NCBI GenBank assembly: GCA_950097015.1
Contig: CATNEN010000038.1
Location: forward strand, 10,416,001-10,480,000
Reading direction: 5' to 3'
DNA: 64,000 nucleotides
From: Macrostomum hystrix
Lineage: Eukaryota > Animalia > Platyhelminthes
Position numbers and translations under genes: made by a program. Below are positions 25,184 to 37,006 of this stretch, in pieces (the first letter of the stretch is position 1; every line of letters starts with the position of its first letter). The notes under the pieces were generated by a model, which had not been told where the DNA came from, ran no database searches, and worked only from the letters and a program-made list of their open reading frames with translations.

Positions 25184-26912
25184 TCACAGATGCAAAACTG
25201 GCGAAGATGAGGCATTGGCTGGGGCCTGATTATTCTGCGCGCCTCCAGCTGCCGCAGCCGATAAAAACTTTTGCCGTTGCAGCTGCTGCTGCTGCTGCTG
25301 CTGAGTAGGCGGTGTCGGCACGTGCGCAAAGGTGGGCGGAAAAGTGGGCAGCGGAACGCTGACACTGACGCTGGCCGATGGCATCGAGGCAGCCTCGGCT
25401 GGCGCTGTGAACATCGCTGGAGACGCAGACGAAGGCATCAGAGAGTCCGGCGGACGAGACTGAAGCAGCTGCACAGCCAGGGCACAGTCGGCCCGACATC
25501 GGTCGGCTTCGAGGCGAGCGGCAGCCGCGGCCGCGTCGGCTTCGTCCAGTCGCTGCTGACTGTCGGCCTGGCGAGTCTCGGCATCGCTCAGCCGCTCCGC
25601 CATGCCCAGCAGCCGCTCCTCCAGGCTGGAGTTCAACCGGCCCAGCTTTTTGTGCGCGTCCAGCAGGCGGTCGTATCGATCCCGCAGCCGGCTGAGCTCC
25701 TCCTGGAGACGGGCGGGCGAGCAATGCACTTTTAACTCTCTCCTAACTTATTCTTCCCCTCTCCCCCACTCTATTGTTCTTCCCTTCTCCCCCCCACTCT
25801 ATTGTTCTTCCCCTCTCCCCCACTCTACTGTTCTTCCCCTCTCCCCCACTCTATTGTTCTTCCCCTCTCCCCCACTCTATTGTTCTTCCCCTCTCCCCCA
25901 CTCTATTGTTCTTCCCCTCTCCCCCACTCTATTGTTCTTCCCCTCTCCCCCACTCTATTGCTCTTCCCCTCTCCCCCCACTCTATTGTTCTTCCCCTCTC
26001 CCCCCACTCTATTGTTCTTTCCCTCTCCCCCACTCTATTGTTCTTCCCCTCTCCCCCACACTCTATTGTTCTTCCCCTCTCCCCCACTCTATTGTTCTTC
26101 CCTTCTCCCCCCACTCCATCGTTCTTCCCCTCTGCCCCACTCTTGATTGTTCTTCCCTTCTCCCCCACTCTATGGTTCTCCCCCTCTCCCCCACTCTATT
26201 GTTCTTCCCCTCTCCCCCCACTCTATTGTTCTTCCCTTCTCCCTCACTCTATCGTTCTTCCCCTCTCCCCCACTCTATTGTTCTTCCCTTCTCCCCCACT
26301 CTATTGTTCTTCCCCTCTCCCCCACTCTATTGTTCTTCCCCTCTCCCCCACTCTATCGTTCTTCCCTTCTCCCCCACTCTTGATTGTTATTCCCCTCTCC
26401 CCCACTCTATTGTTCTTACCCTCTTTCCCACTCTCGATCGCTCTTCCCCCTGCCCCTCTTCCCGTTGCACACATCTCCCAATCACCTGCAATCGATGCTG
26501 GTCTCGCGACCGGCCATCGGTCTCCGACTGCAGCTGAGCCTCCAGCCGAGCGATGCTGCCCTGCTGACTGCGGGCCAGGTTGCGCAGCTTCTCAATCTCC
26601 TCCTGCTGGCAGGCGAAGCTAGAGATGGAGAGCGGCCTTCTTAGTTGTTTTCGTGTACTTAATTCTTGCACTTTAAATGAATCGCCGATTTCAAATCCAA
26701 TTGGAAAATGAATCGCCGATTTCAAATCCAGTTGGAAAATGAATCGCCGATTTCAAATCCAATTGGAAAATGAATCGCCGATTTCAAATCCAATTGGAAA
26801 ATGAACCAGCGATTGTGTGCAAGGCTTACCCACTAGTAGAGGCGGTGCAATTCTGGCAGGGGCAGCCGCACTCTGAGCACTTTGTCGTGCCAGCAGATAA
26901 ATTCCTGCTCAT
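25184..26912 (-). CDS. TJAP1/BEGAIN-family coiled-coil protein, 3 exons, ~244 aa
   Basis: Exons 26912-26830 (MSRNL...CSECGCPCQNC), 26618-26486 and 25702-25184; GT-AG and frames join. Coiled coil LQEELSRLRDRYDRLLDAHKKLGRLNSSLEERLL and DCALAVQLLQ match my recollection of the TJAP1/BEGAIN domain. Confidence 0.72.
25745..26450. repeat. Pyrimidine-rich ~26-27-bp minisatellite (CTCTATTGTTCTTCCCCTCTCCCCCA)n in TJAP1-like intron 2
   Basis: Tandem copies seen directly. Confidence 0.92.
26675..26805. repeat. 31-bp tandem repeat (~4 copies) in TJAP1-like intron 1
   Basis: AAATGAATCGCCGATTTCAAATCCAATTGGA repeated. Confidence 0.9.
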
Positions 26913-27059
26913 TGTTTTAGGTTTCCAGTTCAGTTCAAAAACTTCAAAGCAATCAAATTTAGCTCAACAGAGCTGAGATTCTAGGCGACCTGCAGTAACT
27001 CAAGGAGCTGAAAACAGTTGATTAGGAAACAGCAATCAATATAAGTTCTTGATACTGTA

Positions 27060-28030
27060 GCACACTGTAGTCTAACGATACTGTCACTCTAACCCAGCAC
27101 AATTTCACTCAATCTCTAGCACACTGTCACTCCATCTCTAGCACACTGTCACTACATCTCTAGAACACTGTCACTCCATCTCTAACACACTGTCACTACA
27201 TCTCTAGCACACTGTCACTACATCTCTAGCACACTGTCACTACATCTCTAGCACACTGTCACTCAATCTCTAGCACACTGTCACTCTATCTCTAGCACAC
27301 TGTCACTCAATCTCTAGCACACTGTCACTACATCTCTAGAACACTGTCACTCCATCTCTAGCACACTGTCACTACATCTCTAGAACACTGTCACTCCATC
27401 TCTAGCACACTGTCACTACATCTCTAGAACACTGTCACTACATCTCTAGCACTCTGTCACTACATCTCTAGCACACTGTCACTACATCTCTAGCACACTG
27501 TCACTACATCTCTAGCACACTGTCACTCATCTCTAGAACACTGTCACTCCATCTCTAGCACACTGTCACTACATCTCTAGCACACTGTCACTACATCTCT
27601 AGCACACTGTCACTACATCTCTAGCACACTGTCACTACATCTCTAGCACACTGTCACTACATCTCTAGCACACTGTCACTACATCTCTAGCACACTGTCA
27701 CTACATCTCTAGCACACTGTCACTCAATCTCTAGCACACTGTCACTCCATCTCTAGCACACTGTCACTCAATCTCTAGCACACTGTCACTCCAAGCACAG
27801 CACAATGTCACTCCAAGCACAGCACAATGTCACTTCAACACTAGCGCAATGTCACTCCAACTCCAGCACAATGTCACTCCAAGCACAGCACAATGTCACT
27901 CCAAGCACAGCACAATGTCACTTCAACACCAGCGCAATGTCACTCCAACTCCAGCACAATGTCACTCCAAGCACAGCACAATGTCACTCCAAGCACAGCA
28001 CAATGTCACTTCAACACCAGCGCAATGTCA
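27060..28030. repeat. 22-bp minisatellite (CACACTGTCACTACATCTCTAG)n, changing to a CACAATGTCACTCCAAGCACAG variant
   Basis: Tandem copies seen directly. Confidence 0.92.
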
Positions 28031-28409
28031 CTCTCCATTTCAAATACAATTTCAATCACCCTGTACCACATTGTTAGTCAGTTTTTAGCTCAATGTCACA
28101 TACACGATAAATATAGCATTTTAACAATGTTGGACTAATATTAACTTAATTATTTCAAAGGAAAAAAAACTGAATGCTGCTTTCAATCGACTAATTCAAT
28201 CAGATGTTGTAACTCACATTCTAACCGGTAGCGCTTATTGTATATTTTGCATGACTTACGGCGCAACATCGAGCAAATGCACTATTAATTTGTTATTTAA
28301 TTCTAATGCAAAATGGCTGGCAAACAGACAGGGACACACTGAACCGGGTGTAACAGGACTCGGAACATTACTTTTTAGAGGCTTCCACTGAGGCTTGATA
28401 TGGCTCGGA

Positions 28410-29105
28410 GTGACAGTTGTGATAGGTCAGGATTGACAGTTGTGATAGGTCAGGATTGATAGGTGTGATAGGTCAGGATTGACAGGTGTGATAGGTCAGG
28501 ATTGATAGGTGTGATAGGTCAGGATTGACAGGTGTGATAGGTCAGGATTGATAGGTGTGATAGGTCAGGATTGATAGGTGTGATAGGTCAGGATTGATAG
28601 GTGTGATAGGTCAGGATTGACAGGTGTGGTAGGTCAGGATTGATAGGTGTGATAGGTCAGGATTGACAGGTGTGATAGGTCAGGTTTGATAGGTGTGATA
28701 GGTCAGGATTGACAGGTGTGATAGGTCAGGATTGATAGGTGTGATAGGTCAGGATTGACAGGTGTGATAGGTCAGGTTTGATAGGTGTGATAGGTCAGGA
28801 TTGACAGGTGTGATAGGTCAGGATTGATAGGTGTGATAGGTCAGGATTGACAGGTGTGATAGGTTAGGATTGACAGGTGTGATAGGTCAGGATTGACAGG
28901 TGTGATAGGTCAGGATTGATAGGTGTGATAGGTCAGGATTGACAGGTGTGATAGGTCAGGATTGACAGGTGTGATAGGTCAGGATTGACAGGTGTGATTG
29001 GTCAAGATAAACAGGCGTGATAGATCAGGATTGACAGGTGTGATTGGTCAAGATAAACAGGCATGATAGATCAGGATTGACAGGTGTGTAGGTCACGATT
29101 GACAG
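28410..29105. repeat. 23-bp minisatellite (GACAGGTGTGATAGGTCAGGATT)n
   Basis: Tandem copies seen directly. Confidence 0.92.
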
Positions 29106-29541
29106 GGAGTTACAGTTGGCAGCCTAAAAGTTCACAGCTCCTAGCTGTATTGTTATGAACTGAGAACTGAACTAAAGAACAGCTGATGCAGAGTTATAGC
29201 TACGTAAACACAAAGATGGTAAAGATTCATTAACTAACAAAAATAGCTGACGGGAAATCATCGACAGACGGGCTGTAGAGACTGCGAGACTGCGAGTTGC
29301 TAAAGCGACGCGAAATTGCAGGTAGCAATTTTTTTTTCTCGCAACTTTTTCAGTAGAAAAAAAGCCAACAAAATTAAAGGGTCCGCATCGTCGGATATTT
29401 TAACTACTGGTGGAACCCCCCTAAATAAATACCTAAATAGAAAAGCGCCTTAACTACTTAAACGGAAATATGAGTAGTAAAATACCAATTTTTTAATTGA
29501 CGAAAAAATAAAACAGCCTAAACAATCGTTAGCTAGAACTG

Positions 29542-30387
29542 TTAGGCGTCGCAGAATTTCTTGGCCTCGCCCAGAAAGCGCAGGTAGAGGCCGTGTTCCT
29601 CAGAGGTGCAGTACTGCACCAGGTTGTGCTCAAAGTCGCGTGTTACACCGCGATGAACCAGCATCTCGGCTAGCTGCTTGTACAGATCGTCATTCAGCAT
29701 GTCGGCTTCTAGTTCGTAATTGCCGAGTCCGGCTTCGCCTTCGATGGCGACTGTGTCGATGGACAGGGTAGGATAGTCGGGCTCCTCGGTAGCCATCTGG
29801 CGGCTAATTTGCACCGGCGGAAAGCTGCAGCGCACGGCTAGGCAGGACTTGGCGGCCGGCTTGCGCACGCGGAAGGTCAGGTCGGGCCGGGATAGAATCT
29901 CTTCGTCAGCTTCGGCGTCTTCGCTGGCGTCGCGATCAGCGCGGCTGCCAGATTCGGAGTCATCTTCCTGCTCGTCAATGTCAGGCGAAGAGGTGGAGCC
30001 GTTGAGGTCGAAGCTGACTTCGAGGAGGGAGCCATCCTCGGGGCACTGGCGAGTCAGGGTCAGCAGGGTGCCATTGCGGGCGGTGACGGTGAAGCCTTCG
30101 GGCGGCTGCGGCTGCTGCTGTTGCTGCTGACCGGAGGAACGCTCGTACTGCAGCTCGCTTTCCAATAGGGAGCTGAGCTTGGCGTCGTGACTGCTGCTGC
30201 TGCTGCTCTTAGCAGTTGCTAGGCAACGCTGCAGAAACAACGGGCGCAACAGAGAAGAGGAGGATGTGGCGGCCAAGGTTGGCACCAGCGATAGCTGCGA
30301 CCGAGGCAGGCTGCGGTAGCCGGCGGCCGGGGCGGCTGCGGACAAGCGCGGCAGGAGGGCGCGGGAGAGGCGAGCGAGATGCTGCAT
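29542..30387 (-). CDS. C1QBP: C1QBP/p32 (MAM33 family) mitochondrial acidic glycoprotein, intronless, 281 aa
   Basis: Arg/Ser/Leu/Ala-rich presequence, DAKLSSLLESELQYE, an acidic loop, and the MAM33-type C-terminus LNDDLYKQLAEMLVHRGVTRDFEHNLVQYCTSEEHGLYLRFLGEAKKF. Confidence 0.88.
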   Translation of the reverse strand: MQHLARLSRALLPRLSAAAPAAGYRSLPRSQLSLVPTLAATSSSSLLRPLFLQRCLATAKSSSSSSHDAKLSSLLESELQYERSSGQQQQQQPQPPEGFTVTARNGTLLTLTRQCPEDGSLLEVSFDLNGSTSSPDIDEQEDDSESGSRADRDASEDAEADEEILSRPDLTFRVRKPAAKSCLAVRCSFPPVQISRQMATEEPDYPTLSIDTVAIEGEAGLGNYELEADMLNDDLYKQLAEMLVHRGVTRDFEHNLVQYCTSEEHGLYLRFLGEAKKFCDA

Positions 30388-30439
30388 GTTGGCGGCTCCG
30401 GTTTAGCTGCAAACATTATCACGGAAAAATGCAAAGACG

Positions 30440-30660
30440 ATTCTGTGCGGATTCGAACCCACGACCTCCTGGTGAAATATCTGGAAGGGGAGCTTTTAAC
30501 TGTGTGGTCAGAGCTTTGGACTTCTGACTGAGAGGTCAGGAGTTCGAATTTCAGCCCCTTAGGGAGAGAATTTGTGTCCTTGAAATTCAGGTGGGTTTGT
30601 TCCCCAGTCCACGGACTGAACAGCTGTACATCTATCTAGCCCCAACAGGGTTTGCAAGCA
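30440..30660. mobile_element. Degraded tRNA-SINE remnants
   Basis: B-box-like sequences on both strands (GGATTCGAACCC; GGAGTTCGAATT), plus AATTTGTGTCCTT and CCAGTCCACGGACTGAACAGCTGTAC shared with family A. Confidence 0.55.
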
Positions 30661-30847
30661 ATAAAAAATAAGGAACTTTTTAATACTGTACTGTTAGTTT
30701 TACGGGATAACGGTTTAAAGATCTTTCACTAAAAGCTAGCAACGTTTGTTAATGGTTTTTCCATTGATATAACTTTTTATTGATATGTTCTACTTTATTG
30801 CTTACACTGTAACAGTACAGTTACTATGTTCACTACATACTACATTC

Positions 30848-31140
30848 TTATTACACCCGCCATAATTGGGCCAGATGTGCAGCCGACAGCTCAGCCGCAG
30901 CTATTGCGCAGTGGATCTGAAGGCTGCGTACGGCTGTTCAGTCCATGGACTGGGGGAACGCCAGTCCTACCCTCGATTCCCCCAGCTGATGCTGGTACCC
31001 ATTAAACAGCTGGGTGAATTGAAGAAATGCAGAGTTAAGTGTCTTGCTAAAATAAAAATATTGTTCCAGTGGAGTCGGGCATCGAACCCCCGACCTTCAA
31101 GTCGTGAGACCGGCGCTCTAAGCACAAGGCTAAAACACCT
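30848..31140 (-). mobile_element. SINE family A copy between EMC3 and C1QBP
   Basis: Colinear similarity to 6506-6819. Confidence 0.82.
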
Positions 31141-31380
31141 TTAGATTATATATGAATTAAAAAATTAAGGAATTAAACTATTCGTTTCTTTCTAACCCTA
31201 AACTTTAAAAGAATTTTTGCACAGTTTTATTTTAATAACTAGTTATAATAACATCGAACACAACACAAGCATTTTGTAGAGCACAACATGCATTATAAAC
31301 GATAAACCAATTAACATAGAGTCTTATATGATTAGATGACACTGACAGGCTTCGTCACAGTCTATATAAAGTTTGCTTGT

Positions 31381-33998
31381 CTATTTGGTGCGCTTTCTAG
31401 CACTGCCGGATGGTGAAACCGCGACGCCGGCACGACCGGCGATGCCGCGGCCGCCCAGCACAACGGAGGCGTCGTCGGTAGCTGCCCCGACCAGGAGATC
31501 CTCGCCGCCGGCGCTGCCAATCAGAGCTTCGACAACATTTTCTAGGGCCCAATTGTGCTCAACAATTTCTAGAGTCTCCCATTCGGCTTTGAAGGCTTTG
31601 TTGGCGTCGAATCCCTGACCGCCGGCTCCGGGATTCATCATCATGTTGTCCTGCATGAGGCGGGCCTGGCCAACAACAGCAATGGATAGAATTAATAAAT
31701 ATAAATATTCGTGCGCAAATTGCACTACTCCTCAGTAGCTTATAACAGCAATCTAAAAGAAAATTGATGCAATTTACAGGCGGTGGCTCTTTCAAAATCT
31801 TTAAACATTAATTACGTCACGAGGCCAATAGCTGTTTTTAAACGTGACTATGCAAAAAATTGTGACTATTTCAACAAGCCACCTTCAACAATCAACCTTC
31901 AACAAGCCACCTTCAACAATCAACCTTCAACAAGCAACCTTCAACAAGCCACCTTCAACAAGCCACCTTCAACAAGCCACCTTCAACAATCAACCTTCAA
32001 CAAGCCACCTTCAACAAGCCACCTTCAACAAGCCACCTTCAACAAGCCACCTTCAACAAGCCACCTTCAACAAGCAACCTTCAACAAGCCACCTTCAACA
32101 ATCAACCTTCAACAAGCAACCTTCAACAAGCCACCTTCAACAAGCAACCTTCAACAAGCCACCTTCAACAATCAACCTTCAACAAGCAACCTTCAACAAG
32201 CCACCTTCAACAAGCCACCTTCAACAAGCCACCTTCAACAAGCCACCTTCAACAATCAACCTTCAACAAGCCACCTTCAACAAGCCACCTTCAACAAGCA
32301 ACCTTCAACAAGCCACCTTCAACAAGCAACCTTCAACAAGCAACCTTCAACAATCAACCTTCAACAAGCCACCTTCAACAAGCCACCTTCAACAAGCCAC
32401 CTTCAACAAGCCACCTTCAACAATCAACCTTCAACAAGCAACCTTCAACAAGCCATCATCGGACATACTTGCGCTTTATACCCGCGATGACCCCCCAAGG
32501 ATGTCAATAATTCAGCCCACCTGATCGGCGCTGTTGTCAGCTCCGAGCACCAGGGTGTAGACGCTGCGCAGGCCGAAGATGTTAAGAAAATACCAGCTAG
32601 CCGAGCTGACCCAGCTGGCGTCCAAGCTAACCAGGGACTCGCAGCCGCGCTGCAGCATCGGCTTGAACCGGTAGGTCAGCGGAAACGGCACCTTGGTTGT
32701 GAGAAAGCCGGAGAAGGCCCAGTTAATCCAACCGCCAATCACCAGCATTGGCACCATGTTCAGCACGTTGCCCTTGACCATTTCCGTCATCATCGAGGGA
32801 TCTGTCATCGGATTCTTCATCATGGCGCTTTCGCGTTTAGTAGTCTTAAAGAAGCCGACCTCCTTGTCGTTGAAGTAGTGCTTCCGGCTGGCGAAGGCCT
32901 GCCTGGGTATGTAGTTGGCGTTCTCCCGCAGTAGGCGACTGCGCATTAGCACCTGCAGTTGCGGGGTGGCCGTGATGCAGAGCTGATACTTACAGCCAGC
33001 GAGCTCGTACCCAGCGAGTTACAGATGCGCTAGATCTCATCATGAGATGCATATTAGCTAGCTCCAAATCTTACGTCTGCGATACAGATAGCTCAAAATC
33101 TCACCCCTGGGATAAAGAAGGCTTAAAATCTCACATTTAGGATATTGATAGTTTAAAGTCTCATCACTGATATTAAGATTACTCAATATCTCATCACCGA
33201 GATATAAATTCAATATCTCACCCCTGGGATAAAGATGACTCAAAATCTCACCCCTGGGATAAAGATGACTCAAAATCTCACCCCTGGCATAAAGATGACT
33301 CAAAATCTCACTTCCGGGATAAAGATGACTCGAAATCTCACTTCCGGGATAAAGATGACTCAAAATCTCACTTCCGGGATAAAGATGACTCAAAATCTCA
33401 CTTCCGGGATAAAGATGACTCAAAATCTCACTTCCGGAATAAAGATGACTCAAAATCTCACTTCCGGGATAAAGATGACTCAAAATCTCACTTCCGGGAT
33501 AAAGATTACTCAAAATCTCACTTCCGGGATAAAGATGACTCAAAATCTCACTTCCGGGATAAAGATGACTCAAAATCTCACTTCCGGGATAAAGACGACT
33601 CAATATCTCACCCCCGGGATAAATATGACTCAATATCTCACCCCTGGGATAAAGATGACTCAAAATCTCACTTCCGGGATAAAGATGACTCAAAATCTCA
33701 CCCATGAGATACAACAGGCTAAAAAAATTGTACCTAGGACATATCTAGCCTTAAATTTTCAACCCCTTGAGTTTTTTTATGTATTTACGAAAACAGAAAC
33801 CAAAAAGCTGCCAAATAAAAACAAAAAATATCCTATGCCTCCTACCTGCTGGTCGGACACGTGCTCCGCTTCGGCCTTCTTCTCCGAGCTAATCAGAATG
33901 GTCACATAGTGACGAATGACGCCAAACAAGAAGGTGATGATCACCAGGGGCAGGAATACCCACATTCGGATGGCAGAGTCAAGGAGCAGCTCAGCCAT
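31381..33998 (-). CDS. EMC3: ER membrane protein complex subunit 3 (TMEM111), 3 exons, ~289 aa
   Basis: Exons 33998-33846, 32952-32521, 31665-31381. [69 protein letters not shown] and [15 protein letters not shown]. Confidence 0.96.
31870..32455. repeat. 14-bp minisatellite (CACCTTCAACAAGC)n in EMC3 intron 2
   Basis: Tandem copies seen directly. Confidence 0.93.
33090..33705. repeat. 30-bp minisatellite (CAAAATCTCACTTCCGGGATAAAGATGACT)n in EMC3 intron 1
   Basis: Tandem copies seen directly. Confidence 0.93.
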
Positions 33999-34067
33999 GC
34001 TCAACTCTGCTGTAAATAAAAGTAATGGGAGCATGAATTAGCGCTTATTTTATTGTAGATAAGTAAG

Positions 34068-35450
34068 AGGATCAGGGGAGAGTGGCTGCTCAATCTGAGG
34101 ATCTGGGAGAGTGGCTGCTCAATCTGAGGATCTGGGAGAGTGGCTGCTCAATCTGAGGATCTGGGAGAGTGGCTGCTCAATCTGAGGATCTGGGAGAGTG
34201 GCTGCTCAATCTGAGGATCTGGGAGAGTGGCTGCTCAATCTGAGGATCCGAGAGAATAGCTGCTCAATCTGAGGATCCGAGAGAATAGCTGCTCAATCTG
34301 AGGATCTGGGAGAATAGCTGCTCAATCTGAGGATCTGGGAGAGTGGCTGCTCAATCTGAGGATCTGGGAGAATAGCTGACTCAATCTGAGGATCTGGGAT
34401 AGTGGCTGCTCAATCTGAGGATCTGGGAGTGGCTGCTCAATCTGAGGATCTGGGAGAATAGCTGCTCAATCTGAGGATTTGGGAGAATAGCTGCTCCATC
34501 TGAGGATCTGGGATAGTGGCTGCTCAATCTGAGGATCTGGGAGTGGCTGCTCAATCTGAGGATCTGGGAGAATAGCTGCTCAATCTGAGGATTTGGGAGA
34601 ATAGCTGACTCAATCTGAGGATCTGGGAGAATAGCTGCTCAATCTGAGGATCTGGGAGAGTGGCTGCTCAATCTGAGGATCTGGGGAGAGTGGCTGCTCA
34701 ATCTGAGGATCTGGGAGAGTGGCTGCTCAATCTGAGGATCTGGGAGTGGCTGCTCAATCTGAGGATCTGGGAGAGTGGCTGCTCAATCTGAGGATCTGGG
34801 AGAGTGGCTGCTCAATCTGAGGATCCGAGAGAATAGCTGCTCAATCTGAGGATCTGGGAGAATAGCTGCTCAATCTGAGGATCTGGGAGAGTGGCTGCTC
34901 AATCTGAGGATTTGGGAGAATAGCTGCTCAATCTGAGGATCTGGGAGAATAGCTGACTCAATCTGAGGATCTGGGATAGTGGCTGCTCAATCTGAGGATC
35001 TGGGAGTGGCTGCTCAATCTGAGGATCTGGGAGAATAGCTGCTCAATCTGAGGATTTGGGAGAATAGCTGCTCCATCTGAGGATCTGGGATAGTGGCTGC
35101 TCAATCTGAGGATCTGGGAGTGGCTGCTCAATCTGAGGATCTGGGAGAATAGCTGCTCAATCTGAGGATTTGGGAGAATAGCTGACTCAATCTGAGGATC
35201 TGGGAGAATAGCTGCTCAATCTGAGGATCTGGGAGAGTGGCTGCTCAATCTGAGGATCTGGGGAGAGTGGCTACTCAATCTGAGGATCTGGGAGAGTGGC
35301 TGCTCAATCTGAGGATCTGGGAGTGGCTGCGCAATCTGAGGATCTGGGAGAATAGCTGCTTAAACCAGAGGATCTGGGAGAGTGGCTGCTTAACCTGAGG
35401 ATCTGGGAGAATAGCTACTTAACCAGAGGATCTGGGAGAGTGGCTGCTCA
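34068..35450. repeat. ~29-bp minisatellite (CTGCTCAATCTGAGGATCTGGGAGAGTGG)n upstream of EMC3
   Basis: Tandem copies seen directly. Confidence 0.93.
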
Positions 35451-35696
35451 CGAACGTATTTGTCAAAGTGTTAAATGTAAATGTTTGAAAAAATAAAAAC
35501 AAACAAGCCATTAGTTGAATATGACAACCACCGCAAAAAATTAACACTAAAAATGTAGCAGCCCTGAAGGAAGTCAGTTTTTTTTCCTGTATTTAATTAT
35601 TGACTAGTTAAAGATAAAATTGATATGAGAAAAAAGATAAAAACTGAGATTAAAATGCTGAAGTTTAATTTATTAAAGATCAAATATCTATATTAA

Positions 35697-36313
35697 CAGT
35701 AGGACTACCAAGCCATTTTGCCGCCCGTTTTTATACCAAGGTTGGGGGGAATTCCCCCCCCTGAAAATGTTTTTGCGAGCGCCTGAATGCTTTGGGGGTG
35801 ACTGATTGGTTGACAGACTAGTCGAGGGTGTCCGCTGTGGTTTAGCTGCGCCTAACAGTTAGGATTGAACAGTGAAATTGGAGAAATTCGCGTCAGGGTG
35901 TCCATAGTGGCCTAGTTCCACCTGTTGTAGCTCTTGAAGGTCTAGATAGATAAGAGAGATAGATCTAGATAAAGGTCGGTGACCGCCGAAGACGGAGATG
36001 GTGCTGGCACATTCGGGTGACATGCTGATAAAGTTTGAAGGTCTGGAAAGGCCGCACTGAGGCGCAGTGCAAATTCGTGTATAAGGGTGTATGAAATACA
36101 CTAGCTCTTATGGGAAAAATCGGACCTTCGGCCAGAAACATTGAATATCTCGATGGTCTGAAGAGCTGGCGACTTGTTTCTTGTTTCAGAAGATGCGCAA
36201 CAAAAAGTTGGCCCGTGTTCTTGAGTTTCGAGTGCTTGCATTGTTCCGTTCGGGTGCAGCAAAAAAAATTGGGGGGGGGGGGGGGGGAAATTCCCCCCTT
36301 GGTAGTTCTACTG
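35697..36313. mobile_element. ~617-bp MITE with 16-bp TIRs flanked by TTAA; superfamily uncertain
   Basis: TTAA-CAGTAGGACTACCAAG ... CTTGGTAGTTCTACTG-TTAA. Homologous copies at 48835-49359 (inverted) and 1698-1890. Confidence 0.8.
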
Positions 36314-36759
36314 TTAATAGATAAAAGAAATAAAATAATTTGATTGCAAAAACCAAAACCAATAACATAAATTCAGCTAAAAATGTGGTACACTAGTTCA
36401 GTTTGACTAGACGAACATCATTGGGACAAAATTGTATTGAAAAAATGTAAAATTTTCTCTAATTTAGAGGACCGCGCGGGGTCACAACTATTGTGCGTAG
36501 ATAAAACTGTCATGCAGATACAATGCCTGAATTGAGGATTGTAAAGCCGTGATAAAAAATAGGAATGTAATGCACCAATAAAAATAAAAGTATTGTATTA
36601 AGGAAGACTTACAAAATGAAAACGGAAGTCGAGATTGACCAGAGCAAAGAAAAATCAGTTAAAAAAAAACTGCCGTGACAACTTTCGGTTTTTAACGTCT
36701 TCTAGAAGTGCAACTTAAGGCTTCTATTCCTATCTAAAAGTACACATATCGTGCAATAA

Positions 36760-36915
36760 AAGCACACATATGGTGCACTAAAAGTACACCTAGGGTGCAC
36801 TAAAAGTACACCTAGGGTGCACTAAAAGTACACCTAGGGTGCACTAAAAGTACACCTAGGGTGCACTTAAAGTACACCGAGAAAATTTGATTCCACTAAA
36901 AGTACATCTAGTGTA
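36760..36915. repeat. 22-bp quasi-palindromic repeat (AAAAGTACACCTAGGGTGCACT)n downstream of the OTC stop
   Basis: About 6 copies seen directly. Confidence 0.85.
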
Positions 36916-37006
36916 CAGAGAACTTGATTCACCGCCACATCCCAAAGACAATAAAATAATCAGAGAGATTCTAGTCCACTAAGAAAATCCAAAAAACAAA
37001 ATAGAA

